Origin: Felis catus
Taxonomy: Eukaryota
Length of the DNA stretch: 64,000 nt
Reading direction: 5' to 3'
NCBI RefSeq assembly: GCF_018350175.1
Contig: NC_058372.1
Location: forward strand, 151,528,001 to 151,592,000
The position numbers and the translations under genes were made by a program. Each line of letters opens with the position of its first letter. Within the stretch, counting starts at the first letter, position 1. Shown piece after piece: positions 48,296 to 59,857 of the stretch. The notes beneath the pieces were generated by a model, which was given only the letters and a program-made list of their open reading frames with translations, searched no databases and was not told the DNA's origin.

Positions 48296-51200
48296 GGATA
48301 AGGACTCCCGTGGATCTCCACCCGTGAATGCACGACCGTGTGAAGGAACCTTCACCCGAGACAGCAGGTGGGGGGGAGGGTCTTGACGTGGGCCTTTGCA
48401 GAGCCCTGGAACAGTGTGAGATTAGCCTCCAAAGCCCTAAAACACTCCACAGACTCAAGCAGATTTGGAATCGCTTCATGAGAGGTAGAACCCGGTCGTG
48501 TCATTTCAGCCCAGACGTACGAGGCTCAAGACCTTTGCGACAGAATTGTCAAGTGCACACGGGACAACGGAGCGCAGGAACAAGTCGGACGCCCACTACA
48601 GAGCCCAGCCCTCTTCTCGGGCTCAGCAATGGGGCTGCTGGCACAGCGTGGGCTATGCCCTTCCCTTCAGAGGGAGTGAGTTCATCCCCTTGAGATGAGG
48701 AAGAACGGGGGGAAAGGCATGGAAAAGAGGTCCTGAGGGTACACTCATCCCCTCCTTGAGCTGTGGCCATCAGGGGCCTCCAGTGATACTGTCCCCCACC
48801 ATCGTCAGGGTGAGAACAGGAAGGGTCAGCGTAGTCCCGTCTAAGATGCGCCAGAGACCCTGCAGCACCTGGTGCACGTGTGCCTGGCCAGCACGCAGGC
48901 TCATCGTTAAGCCTGTGGCAAGCAAACCTTTCTCTTTCATTCAATCACAGCAAAGCGTACAACCCGTACACATCATGACGTGAGTCACTGTCAAACACTA
49001 GGAGGATGTGTGCAGCAGCTTAACATCATTCAGTCCCTACTTCTTTCAGAGCAACGTTCTGTGCTCCATGGAGGGTCATAAACTAACACAGCAGGACCCC
49101 TGCCCTGAGGCGTTCGCACCCCAGTTAAGGAGGGGAAAGCATAAAGAACCTTCTGGGCTCGGTGTAGCACAGGGAATAAGAAGGGTGTCTGAGTGGTACT
49201 GAGGGTGGGGCAGCGGAGAAGAACCACAGACACCTGGTGCTCATGGGAAAGACTGACCAGCTGGACTAGAGGGGAGCACGGACAGCCCTTCACAGGCTTG
49301 AAGCTGCCCCAGCGCGAGCAGCCTCCGGGGGCCTCTAAGTGGGGATCGTTGTGATGCCGTAGGCTTTAGGGGTGTCGATGGCTTGGGCAGTAGAACCATC
49401 CGGGAAGGAGAGGAGGGGCCCACACCGGAGGCTGGCTCAAAGCGGCTGTGAGAGTGCTGGCCGGGCGTGCAAGGGCTGAGCCCAGGGGAGACTAGGAGAT
49501 GTTTCCGGGAGGCCCCGAGTTCGAGTGAGTGCGTGTGGAAGACAGGAAGCACAGGTGCCAAAAGCTGTCCAGGGTTTCCAATTTGTTAGAATCCCAACAC
49601 TATCGCTACAAGCTGGAATACTTTTTTAACAGGGACACAATTACTTTTCTTAGTTGGGGCTTGTATTTAACACCAGCTGTCAGATGATAGTGCCTTACCC
49701 TAATTTTAATGTCCGCACTCCTGCCGCAGGGCTGTTCTCCATGTTCCAACACTAATTAATGACTTCGTCAGAAACAACAACTGAGCAGAGGGTCACCGCT
49801 CAGGGGGAGAGCACCTGACCCCGGGACTGAAGCGACCCCAGGACCTCAGGTTGAGGTCCTGAGGCTGGTCCGCCCCTCTGGCCTCCAGAGCCCTCCCTGT
49901 GCCCGGGGCCCGACTGGTGGAGCCCCACGCCTAACCCCCCGTGGGTGCTACCCCTCCGGCGTGCCCAGCCCAGACAGGATCCCGGGTGCAGTCTTCCACC
50001 AGGGAGCATGCTCTTGGCCTGCCCAGGCCTCAGGGGCAAGCACGAGCAAGCCCCTTCCTCTGCGGCCAGCACACGGAGACCCAGAGTGCGTGCAGCTCCA
50101 CTGCTGTCCTTGGACGTCGTGTGACGTTCAGTTTGCAGAGTCCGGACGTGAACCAGCTAGAATGAAAGTCAGCTGTGCTGGTGCCTGGCTTGTGTGGTAC
50201 ACACGTTCGAAAAGGAAGGTCACCCCTGCTGGGATTTCTCGGACGAAGCCCTTCTCGGATTAGAGAAGGCTGCCCAACGGCCGGAGTCGGAGGGCGAATG
50301 CACGTGGCACGGTAGAGGCCAGAGGCCCGAGTGAAGGCACGGACGCCCCAGGGGCCGGGTGGAGGGTGGTGCGCTGGCAGCATGAGAACGATGCTTCAGG
50401 CAGACCTCCGGCAGGACCTCGGCGTGGCTGGGACAGGATGATCCTAGAAACAGGGGCAAGCACAGAGCACCACCCAGAAGGCAGGAACCCACTTACCAAG
50501 AAGACACTCGGCACCCGGGCTCTGCCTGTGTCTACATGTGGGATCCGGGGCCCTCAGCACTAACGCTCCTCCCAGCTCCATGCAAGACACGAAAAGTCCC
50601 TAAAAAGTAAGACCCGGTATCTGTCCTTGAGGAGGTAGACTATGCCCCCCCTCAGGGGCTCCTGAGGAGGCTAACATTTTTCAATCAATATGAATTTACT
50701 TTGTGAAGCTAATACAGCCCACAACCCGAATCTCTCACTGCCTATCAGGTGCCAAGTAAGGCCCCAGACGCCCCCCCTCCCCCGGAGCTCCGTGTGAGCT
50801 GTCACCCTTACCCCAGCACAGTTCACCGTGGGCTCCTCTCCCACGTGCCTGGAGTTTTAAGGCCGATGATCAGAGCAGGCGGGGTTGAGCCCAAGTCCGC
50901 TGACTCTGAGACCAGCCCTATCCTCCTGACCACACGGCTCCGGGTGAGAAAAAAGCCCGCTGGCAGCACCTTGGCCCAAGGAGGGTGAAGTGCGTGAACA
51001 ATGGCAAAGGCAAAAGAGGAGCCAGCGGCCACCCCCTGGCCCCACGCCGGCCGCCACGCTGCCATCCCTGCCGGCCGGCCACGGCTGATGGTTCGGCCAG
51101 ACGGTGCAACCTCGGGGAAGCCACAGGACACCGCCTCTCCCCTTCACCTCCCCTTGGAGTGAAGATGCCCCAGACCCTGCACGCAGCCTCACCTGCTTCC

Positions 51201-51912
51201 ACGGCTTCCCCTCACGTCGCCTCCAGAGCCCTCCACACCCCCTCCTGCCGACCTCAGCCTCTGCCCAAGGCCCAGAACAGCCTTGACCTCTTTCCTCGCC
51301 CACCAGGGCTCCATGCCTCATGCAGCTTGAGCCTCGCTGGGACCCAGAGGCTTCCTCTGGCCTCCTGAGGGTCGAAGCAGTATGGGCGTCTCTTGGAGCA
51401 TTTTCCAGTTTACTTGGCATATTCTTAAGTGATCGCTGGATTAGTCCTTCTCTCCCACGAGACTTTGAACTCCACTTGGTAGAGACTTTCTGGACCCGCT
51501 CCCTGCTGTACACGAGCCACTTGCTTAGCTAAGTATTTCCTAAGCATTTGTGGGACGAGCCACGATCTGTGGCCCCGGCACGGAAAGGACGCCGGCAGCT
51601 CCAGGAAAGCTCGGCAGTGGTCTTGATCTCAGACCGGTCGAGTCTAGGGTGTTGCTCACCGTGGAGGCTCTGCAGGAAGCCATGTGCAGAGACAGGAGCA
51701 GCCACAGAGCAGACTCAGGGGCGACAGTCTGAGGGGGACACAGACCCCACCCCGTGAAGGCTCGGGGGCTGGCGTCCAGGAAGACAAAGGATGAGTTCCG
51801 GGGTCAGGAGGCTCTTGGTGGCTGGATGTCCAGAAGCCCAAGGTCAGCAAGGCCAGGAGCCACCAAGTGAAGCTATTTCCATCATGTGAGGGCTCAATGC
51901 AGGCTTTCCATT

Positions 51913-52007
51913 GGCACTGGGCAGGCTCGGTCGGTAGAATGCACCACTCAGGGCCTGGGGGTCATGGGTTTGAGCCCACATTGAGCGGAGACATCCCTTA
52001 AAAAAAA
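51913..52007 (+). mobile_element. Old short CanSINE (tRNA-like, no CT tract)
   Basis: ggctcggtcggtaga A-box, ggtttgagccc B-box, then cttaaaaaaaa. Confidence 0.75.
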
Positions 52008-52299
52008 TAGAATAATTCATTCATAGAAGCAAAACCAATGGAGTAAAGCTCTAGTTACAGACCTGTGTGCAGGGAAGATCTTGGAAAAGGACGCTCCTGA
52101 GATCCATGGGGGCCGAGGGGCAGGCAGCCGGGCAGGGACTGCACTTGAGACCACCCAGGCCTGGGCAAAAGAGGCCGCTTCACACTCAGTGTTGCTCTAG
52201 AGTCGAGACCAAGAAGAAAGGAAAGACAGAATCGGAGAAGTAGGTGAAGAAGATTCTAGAACGGAGATAAAAAATGGACTTTGAGCTTCTTATTCCAGA

Positions 52300-52337
52300 G
52301 AAATTGGGACGTCATTCGAAATTGGGACGTCATTCGA
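52300..52337 (+). repeat. Perfect 18-bp tandem duplication
   Basis: gaaattgggacgtcattc x2 plus ga. Confidence 0.97.
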
Positions 52338-55300
52338 TGTGGGGGAAGGAACGGCAGGGAGGAGAGAGGAGACAAGGGCCCCGGAGGACCCGCTGCTCAC
52401 ACCGATGATGCCCTCTGCTTCTACAAGGCCGCCTTTTCCTCGGGCGCTCGGTGACGGTGCGGGAGCTCTAACTCAGGAACAGAAAGGGGCCCAGTAGGTT
52501 GGCGGCACTGCTGGGCAGAGGGTTGTGGCAGCCATGTCTGGGGGGCCACCGGCCTGACCTCCAGGGCGTCTTGTTCACAGCGGATGGTGGTGCCTAGAAC
52601 ATGCCCAGAACTGCGCCTCTTTAGAGCACCTGTGTGCGGGCTTATTAGTGGTCACCCTGACCCCCAGCATCCTCAGTGACCCCCACACCAGCCCACAACA
52701 CCCACCGTGACACACTGCGCTGTCTCCCCAAGGCCAAGGCACAGCCAGAGCTCACGGTGTCGTTGGGACCTGAACAGGAGGTAGACTGAACTCCTAGGGT
52801 GGGAGGGACAAGTCGCCGTGTCCCTCGAACACAGCGTGGCCGATGGTGGTCAGGCCCCGCTTCTACCACCTCTGATGGGGAAGGGTCCAAGGGCATCAGT
52901 GCCGGGGGTCCTGGCTGGGGGCCAGCGCCGCTCCTGAGACCGGCGGGGGGGAGCACCCACACAGCTTCCCGCCCCGGTTCCGCTGTCCCCTCCCGGAAGG
53001 CCTCTGCTCGCGAGCCGGCAGCCGCCCGAGCCGGCACGCGGACGGGCAGGCCCCCACTCGCCTCTCAGGTCACTGGAGGTGCTGCTGCTCGTGCGACCGC
53101 CCTGCCCTGAGGGCACTGGGTGCCGGGGCGGCTCAGGCCCATGCACGCCTCTGGGTAGGCGTGCGGCCTCCTCTCACTGTCCCTCCTCCCCTCTGCCCTG
53201 CATTCCTGGCCCTGGCCTGCAGCCCCAAATTCCTGCCGTGCTGGAGGCAGGATGTTCTCTCAGCAAAGGTACACAGCTCAGGAATTCACTCTCACCTGGC
53301 CTGTCACGGCCTGAGCCCGTGGCCCGCGGGGCTTCGCACAAGACCCAGCTGCTCACCAGGCAGACAGCTCAGAGGCTGTGACTCAGGAGAGGGAAGCCCC
53401 TGGGCTACAGACCGCCAACCCCCAAACCCGGAAGGCCAGCCGGGCCCCCTACTTGTGAACATCACATAAAGGAAGACGGGTTCACCGCACCCCCGGCTTC
53501 TGGGGAGGACTCCCTGGGGTCGAGCCCCTCTCTGGAGCACCTCACCTCCAGGTGTGAGCGTCCAGGGCTGGGACCCTCCCGCGGCCACAAGGGCCTGAGG
53601 AACGCTGTCAGCCCACAGGAATGTTATCTGCTGGGAAGGGCCCAAGGTTACGCGAAGCCATCTAGCCGTGCAGAAGCACTACCGCCAAAATCAACACCTT
53701 CAGAAGGACCCGGCAGAGAGAAGTTGCCGGACGGCTTCTCGGAGCACAAGCCGCTCCCTCCCCCAGGCGCACGGGCCCTGCCGCCCAGCCAGACCTTGCT
53801 GCCACGGCACTGGCATTTCTGGCATTCCGGAGCCGGCCTGCGCCAGGAGGAGATGGGACCCACGGGTGCCTGTCCTACCGCGTGCCTCTCCTGCCTGCAG
53901 CCGGGGCCGAGGACTGTGCTCCGCCTTGCTTGCCCCTCCAAGAACCCCGCTGAAGTTAAGTGGGTCTGTGCAACTTCCCGTCCCCTTAAATGAACGGTTT
54001 TTTTCTTCATTTAGTCTTTTGTCATGTTTGACAAATAGAGGGAGGGTCTCCCAAAACCCACTTCTCCCGATCAGCCACCAGTTACCAGAAAATCTGGCCT
54101 CTGATCACGGTGGAGCCTTCAAGTATCAACGGGTGGCTCTTGTCGAGCCACCCTTAGGAACCAAGGGACCCAGACATGGGACGCGCCCTCGCTGTGCACA
54201 CGAGGAAGACGGGAAGTATTTTGTGACCCGCGCGGTCCCCAGGTCACCGCCGGAAAGCCCCGCGGGCTGCGCTTCACTCCTGCTCCGCCCGTGGGCCAAG
54301 CTTCCTTGGGCCGTGGCTCTGCCCCTGCCTCCCGGACCCCGCCGATGGATGCTAATACGTGGGGGATGAGTCGTGGCCACGGAGGCCAGATTCCGACGCC
54401 CCCGCTAAGCCTTCTCGCCAAGTCCGAAGTGAGCATGTGCTTGCTGCTGAGCCTGCCGTCGGGGCGTCCCTGTTCCGGCTGCTGCACGCGCAGTCGTGTG
54501 CCCGCACATCGCCCGTGACCGGCAGGCGCGCCAAGTGGGCGAGGCGGTCTCACGCCTCCGTGGACACACCAAGCACAGGGATGAGGGAGACCGGCTCTTG
54601 CCCGAGGTGACGACCCCTGTGGTTCTCGGGACGCTTGTCCCTACCTTCGACATATTTTGCAGTTTTTAGTCAGGACAGGTGAACATACAAACGAACGTAA
54701 GGTGTGTTCGGTAAATCCCCGAAAGACGATCTCACCACATTCGGTCCATGGGCACTGGGGTCCGCGGTCCCGCTGCTTTTTCTTACCGTCGCCTCCGCCC
54801 CGCAGAGGGCCCGGGCGCCAGCGCAAAGGCCAGGGGCTGGGTGCGCCTCAGCTCCAGCCAACGGCCCACAGTCCACGCTGTTCAAGAAGGTCCCAGAAGG
54901 GGCTGCATTTCTTTCAGCTTGTAAGGGGCACTGTCTCCAAGTGGCCCTCACGCAGGAGCCACCAGCAGGCGCGAGTCTGTTCTCCCGCCGGCCCACGTGT
55001 GCGGCACAACTCCCGCCGGCGGCACCGATTTGCCCAGGAGCGCCCTCAGCTCGGCCCTGAAAGTGCCACATCCTGGGAAAATGCCTCAGGCCCACAAGCA
55101 GGGTGCCAGTGACCCTCTAGCCGAAATTAAGCGGCCCTTAGTCTTTTTACCAAACAAAGCCTTTCCTAAAGATCCAAGTGGAAACTGGGGGGACAGAGGA
55201 CAGTGGTGGGAAGAGCTGAGAAACGTGTTCTGGGTCTTTGATGAGCAGAGAAGACCAGAACCAGGATCCAGAAGCTTCCCTACAAAACTCCGTAGCCCTG

Positions 55301-55860
55301 CCCCCTCCCTCCTCTTTTATTTACATACAAAACATGGCACATGTTTGCCAGGGAGAGAAAGCAGACGCTCCAGCCGGCGTCCAGGCTCACATCCGCACTT
55401 CCTGTCTCACAAGGAAACAATCTGGAAGGCTGACACAGCAGGTTCTGGGGCTGGGCCATCTGCTGGTGCACAAACATCACCCCCTCACTGTCCCTGTGTC
55501 GCCCTACGGCCCTCCCCCTTCCCAGAGCTCCGCGGCAGGATGGAAGTCACTGACATCTGTCCGCTCCCCTTCACTTGCAGGGACCGGCCCACACCCCACA
55601 TCAGCCAGCAAGGACCAGGACCCAGCATCAGGCTGGGAGCGTCCGGAGCCCGGAACACACAGGCCAGGCCAGGGCTCCGGGTTTGCCGTGTGTTTGCACA
55701 GGGTGCTGGGCCTCTACGTGCTCAGTCCCAGAAGGGGTTGGCACAGACTCACTTCCACACCGGCTCTGATCTCAGACGGGGAACAAACAGGACCGTGGGG
55801 AAACGTGCACAGGTGCACACGTATGCATGCAAGTGCATGTCTGCACATGTGCACACACGC

Positions 55861-56653
55861 GGACACCACGTGTCCAGGTATGTACACACACACACGCACA
55901 CGGACACCACATGTCCAGGTATGTACACACACACGCACACAAGCATGCAGGCACTACATGTCCAGGTATGTACACACACATGCACAGAGACAACACGTGT
56001 CCAGGTATGTACACACACACGCACACAAGCATGCAGACACCACATGTCCAGGTATGTATACACACACACACATGCATGGACAACACATGTCCAGGTATGT
56101 ACACACACACATGCATGGACAACACATGTCCAGGTATGTACACACACATGCACACAGACAACACGTGTCCAGGTATATACACACACACGCACACACGGAC
56201 AACACATGTCCAGGTATGTACACACACACACACGCACGGACAACACGTGTCCAGGGTATGTACACACACATACACATGGACAACACATGTCCAAGTATGT
56301 ACACACACATGCACGGACAACACATGTCCAGGTATGTACACACACACATGCACGGACAACACGTGTCCAGGTATGTACACACACACACACGCACGGACAA
56401 CACGTGTCCCAGGTATGTACACACACGCATGCACGCGGACAATACGTGTCCAGGTATGTACACACACACACGGACAACATGTGTCCAGGTATGTACACAC
56501 ACGCATGCATGCGGACAACACGTGTCCAGGTATGTACACACACACGTGCGCAGACAACACGTGTCCAGGTATGTACACACAGGCGTGCGTGCGGACAACA
56601 CATGTCCAGGTATGCACACACACATACAAGCGCGCGGACAACGTGTGTCCAGG
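55861..56653 (+). repeat. Minisatellite, about 19-20 units of 35-47 bp
   Basis: Consensus ggacaacac(g/a)tgtccaggtatgta(ca)n-gcac. Confidence 0.97.
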
Positions 56654-57249
56654 GTGGTGGAAGAGTTCAACGGAAGGCATTCGGACAGTCACGGCGAGTT
56701 CAGGGTGAGACAGAGATGTATCACGGAGGGAGGAAGGAGGACAAGCGTGAAGGGGGACAAGAAAACATGCACAGAAAGGAAAGGAGACAGGACGCTGACC
56801 GGGGAAGCAGGGAAGGACAGAGCCGAGTCCCAGGCTGGGGGCAGGGTGCTGGCAGCTCGCGCCCGAACCAGCATCGGCGTGTCTGACACGGCCAACCGCC
56901 TGCCACACAGTCCCAGCCCACGCAGGCCTGTGCTCCACACACCCACTGCTCTGCGACTCCACGCCTCAGCCAAGACTCAGCCACACACCCGCCAACTGGG
57001 AAGAAGTAAAATGTTGAGGCAAGTTTGCTTTTCCAAAGCAGGTGAACCACCAAGGATTGGCCGGCTGCGTCTTTGTGCACAATTCACCCACCAGCATGAC
57101 ACCAAAATGTGTTCCGGTGTGCCAGTAATACTGCATAAAAATTCCCGATTGCACACAAAAAACAGTGGAGTGACGTTCGCCATTTAGAAAATACTTTCTC
57201 CCAAAAGAAAGCACTTAACACCCTAACACACATCCATGCCACACTGGGG

Positions 57250-57400
57250 CTTTCTGTGTCCACACCACAATGAGACGGTTTCTCTCTGTGTCCACAAGAC
57301 AGTGAGATGGTCTCGTCTCTCTGTGACCACACCACAGTGAGATGGTCTCTCTGTGACCACATCACAACGAGATGGTCTCTCTCTGGGTGCACAGCACAGT
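57250..57400 (+). repeat. Short minisatellite, about 4-5 units of 30-35 bp
   Basis: Unit approximately ctctgtg(a/t)ccacaccacagtgagatggtct. Confidence 0.85.
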
Positions 57401-59294
57401 AGGGTGGTCTGGAACAAGGCCAGAAACCCCACATGAATGGGACCTTGTAGCTCTTCAAGATTTCTACTTCTGGTCCAGTGGGAGCCAGAAAAGAGCGAAA
57501 ATAACTCTCTCTCAGCTTTGTTGGTTTCCCGGATGTGTGGGGACAGGGCTGGACCGTGTCTACAACCACCCACCCTCCTCACTCACTCTTTCTTGGCCTG
57601 TCACTGCAACACGACTCCAGCGCTGTGTTGTCGAGGAATAAGCACGTGCTTGAGGTCGGGCCGGGTGGCACTAGGGACACAGAAACTCTTGCTCATTTTC
57701 CACGGAAGCTTGTCCAGGAGCCAAGCACGTGACTGCAGGCGTGCTGACAACGTGGGCCCTGCTCTGGGAGTGCTCAGAGCCTGAGGCCAGCAGCCCTGGT
57801 CCCAGGGTGCGCCAGTGGGCAAACCCATGCTGGTCCACGTATGGCACCTGACAGAAGAGGTGCTGAAATCACCCTCCAGTCAGAAGCTCCCTCTTCCAGG
57901 CTCCCGGCCCCCGGCCGTGGCCGCCGTGACAGGGGAAGACTGCCCCATGTGGGTGTGTCCAGCGTTCTGCCCCTCATCTCGTCCAGAGCCAGCCTTCAGT
58001 GGCCCAGGGACTTCAGGGAAGAAGGCACTGGGAGGCAGCTGGACTCAGCAGGGAGCGATCTTTCCAGAGAGGTGGCATCTAACGGAAAGCCACCTTTAGC
58101 AGAGGCTGTGACTTGAGCTCTACAGCTGGTGGTCCGGGCGGCCACAAGAGCAATGACCTGGGCCACGCGTGCGCCCCTGCAGATCCCAGAACGGAAAGCG
58201 CTCCTGGTGCCAGGATGCATATTTCAGCTCCAGATGGGACCCCGCGCCCACCCCGTGGGCCTTGAAGGCTACAGGGGCAATGAGGCGGCGATGAGGACAG
58301 CCAGCTACTCCCGCTTCTTCGAGGCTGTTCGCAGCCCCCACCCAGAGAGCATAGCTGGCCTCGGACAGGCCATCCCGCCGGACGTGGCTCCCGGGGCAGA
58401 GTCAGAGCTTCCCCGGGGACCACACGGCCTCTCCGCCTGCCAGGCAGCTGAGAAATCCAAACCATCTCACCAGTGCACGTCTGGGGTAAATTATTCACAT
58501 GCAGGTTACGGTCACACACCTGGTGCATTCAGAGAGAGGACGTTGAGCTCTCGGCCATCCAGGAGTGTTTCTGAGGGACAGAGACCAACGGTGCAGGGCG
58601 TGTGCTCGGGAGGGAGAGCCGAGTCTGGAATACTAGGATGTTCACAAAACTCCGGAATGATGGCCGAGTGCCCCACTGGACACCCTGCGGGTCTGGGTGT
58701 GTGTCTGCAGCGAAAGCCACAGATCCCACCTGAGGCCTGGGTGGCATCCCGACCTCACCAAACAGCCGCACAGACTCCCGTGCCACCCCCAGGCGGTCTG
58801 TGCTGAGGGCCATCCGCGCGCCATGGCCGTCCTCGTCCCCAGAGTGCCCTCTCCGTCAAGCGCAGCCCAGGCACGTCTGGGAGCAGAAACTTCCTACAAA
58901 GGGCGAAATGGACACTTACGCCTGTTGTTTAAGTGGCTTTTGTTTTCATTTTTGCCTGAGCTACAAGTTCCCCTGAGTAATTCTGACATGCTTCTGGGGG
59001 ACGGTTACCATTTTCCCGTGCAGGGAAGTGGAAAAACAAGGACTCTGAGTGGCCGCTGTCCGGCCGGAGGAGGCAGTGCTGGACTAGTAAGCGCAGGCCC
59101 GTGCCCGCAGCTTCTCCGGGCAACTATTCAAACACAGAATGAGTGTTCACCTGCCCATCCCAGGGTGTCAGAGAAGGCCCTTCACCGTCCCCCCAGAGCC
59201 CGGGGGAGTCAGCCAGCTCCTGTACCCAGATTCACACGCTCACTGTCCTGGGTGGAGGGCTACCTCGGTCGGTGAGTTAGAAGTAAGTCCTTCC

Positions 59295-59501
59295 GGGGCG
59301 CCTGGGGGCTCGGTCAGCCGAGCGTGCAACTCTTGGTCTCAGCCCGGGTCATGATCTCGTGGTTTCGTGAGTTCGAGCCCCACTTTGGGCTCTGCGCTGA
59401 CAGCGTGGAGCCTGCTTGGGATTCTCTTTCCCTCTCTTTGCCCCTCCCTCATGCTGTCTCTGTCTTTCTCAAATAAATAAACCTTAAAAAAATTATTAAA
59501 A
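59295..59501 (+). mobile_element. CanSINE
   Basis: Head ggggcgcctgg, gagttcgagcccc B-box and tail. TSD aagtaagtccttc at 59281-59293 and 59502-59514. Confidence 0.96.
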
Positions 59502-59832
59502 AAGTAAGTCCTTCGGGAAAGGCAGAGACTGCCACCCATTAGCCGTGAAGGTGTGAGCGGAGGGGACGCTGGTGAGCACAAATACACAAATCGTACCCGT
59601 AAAATGTTGCGATGGCCCCTGAAACCAAAGCCCGTGCGTAAGAAGTTAGAAGTGAACCCTGACACAGTTGCAGTGACACGCGTGACGTGTCCGTCGCTTA
59701 TTCCGCGTCACGTCGCAAAGCCTCGGCTCGTTCAAGTCCGGAGGCCTGCACACACCCTGGGCCACCTAGTTGACATGCGCTCTCACAGCCGGAGGCCGAG
59801 ACGAGCCAGGAAGGAAGAACATCCCTGGAGCT

Positions 59833-59857
59833 GGGGCGGGGGGGGGGGGGGGGGGGG
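59833..59857 (+). repeat. Poly-G tract (G4-C-G20)
   Basis: Directly visible. Confidence 0.9.

Noticed and set aside
51913-52007. tRNA gene (also the heads of all CanSINEs)
   Set aside because: tRNA-derived SINE heads followed by A-tails, with no intact cloverleaf.
55861-56653. CRISPR-like appearance (constant core plus variable spacer)
   Set aside because: The spacers are variants of one (CA)n tract, not unique sequences. The context is eukaryotic and there are no cas genes.
54997-57187. 629-aa and 649-aa ORFs, and long ORFs in all six frames
   Set aside because: They span the minisatellite, whose unit lacks stop codons on either strand. The products are H/T/C/V repeats with no domain or coding signature.
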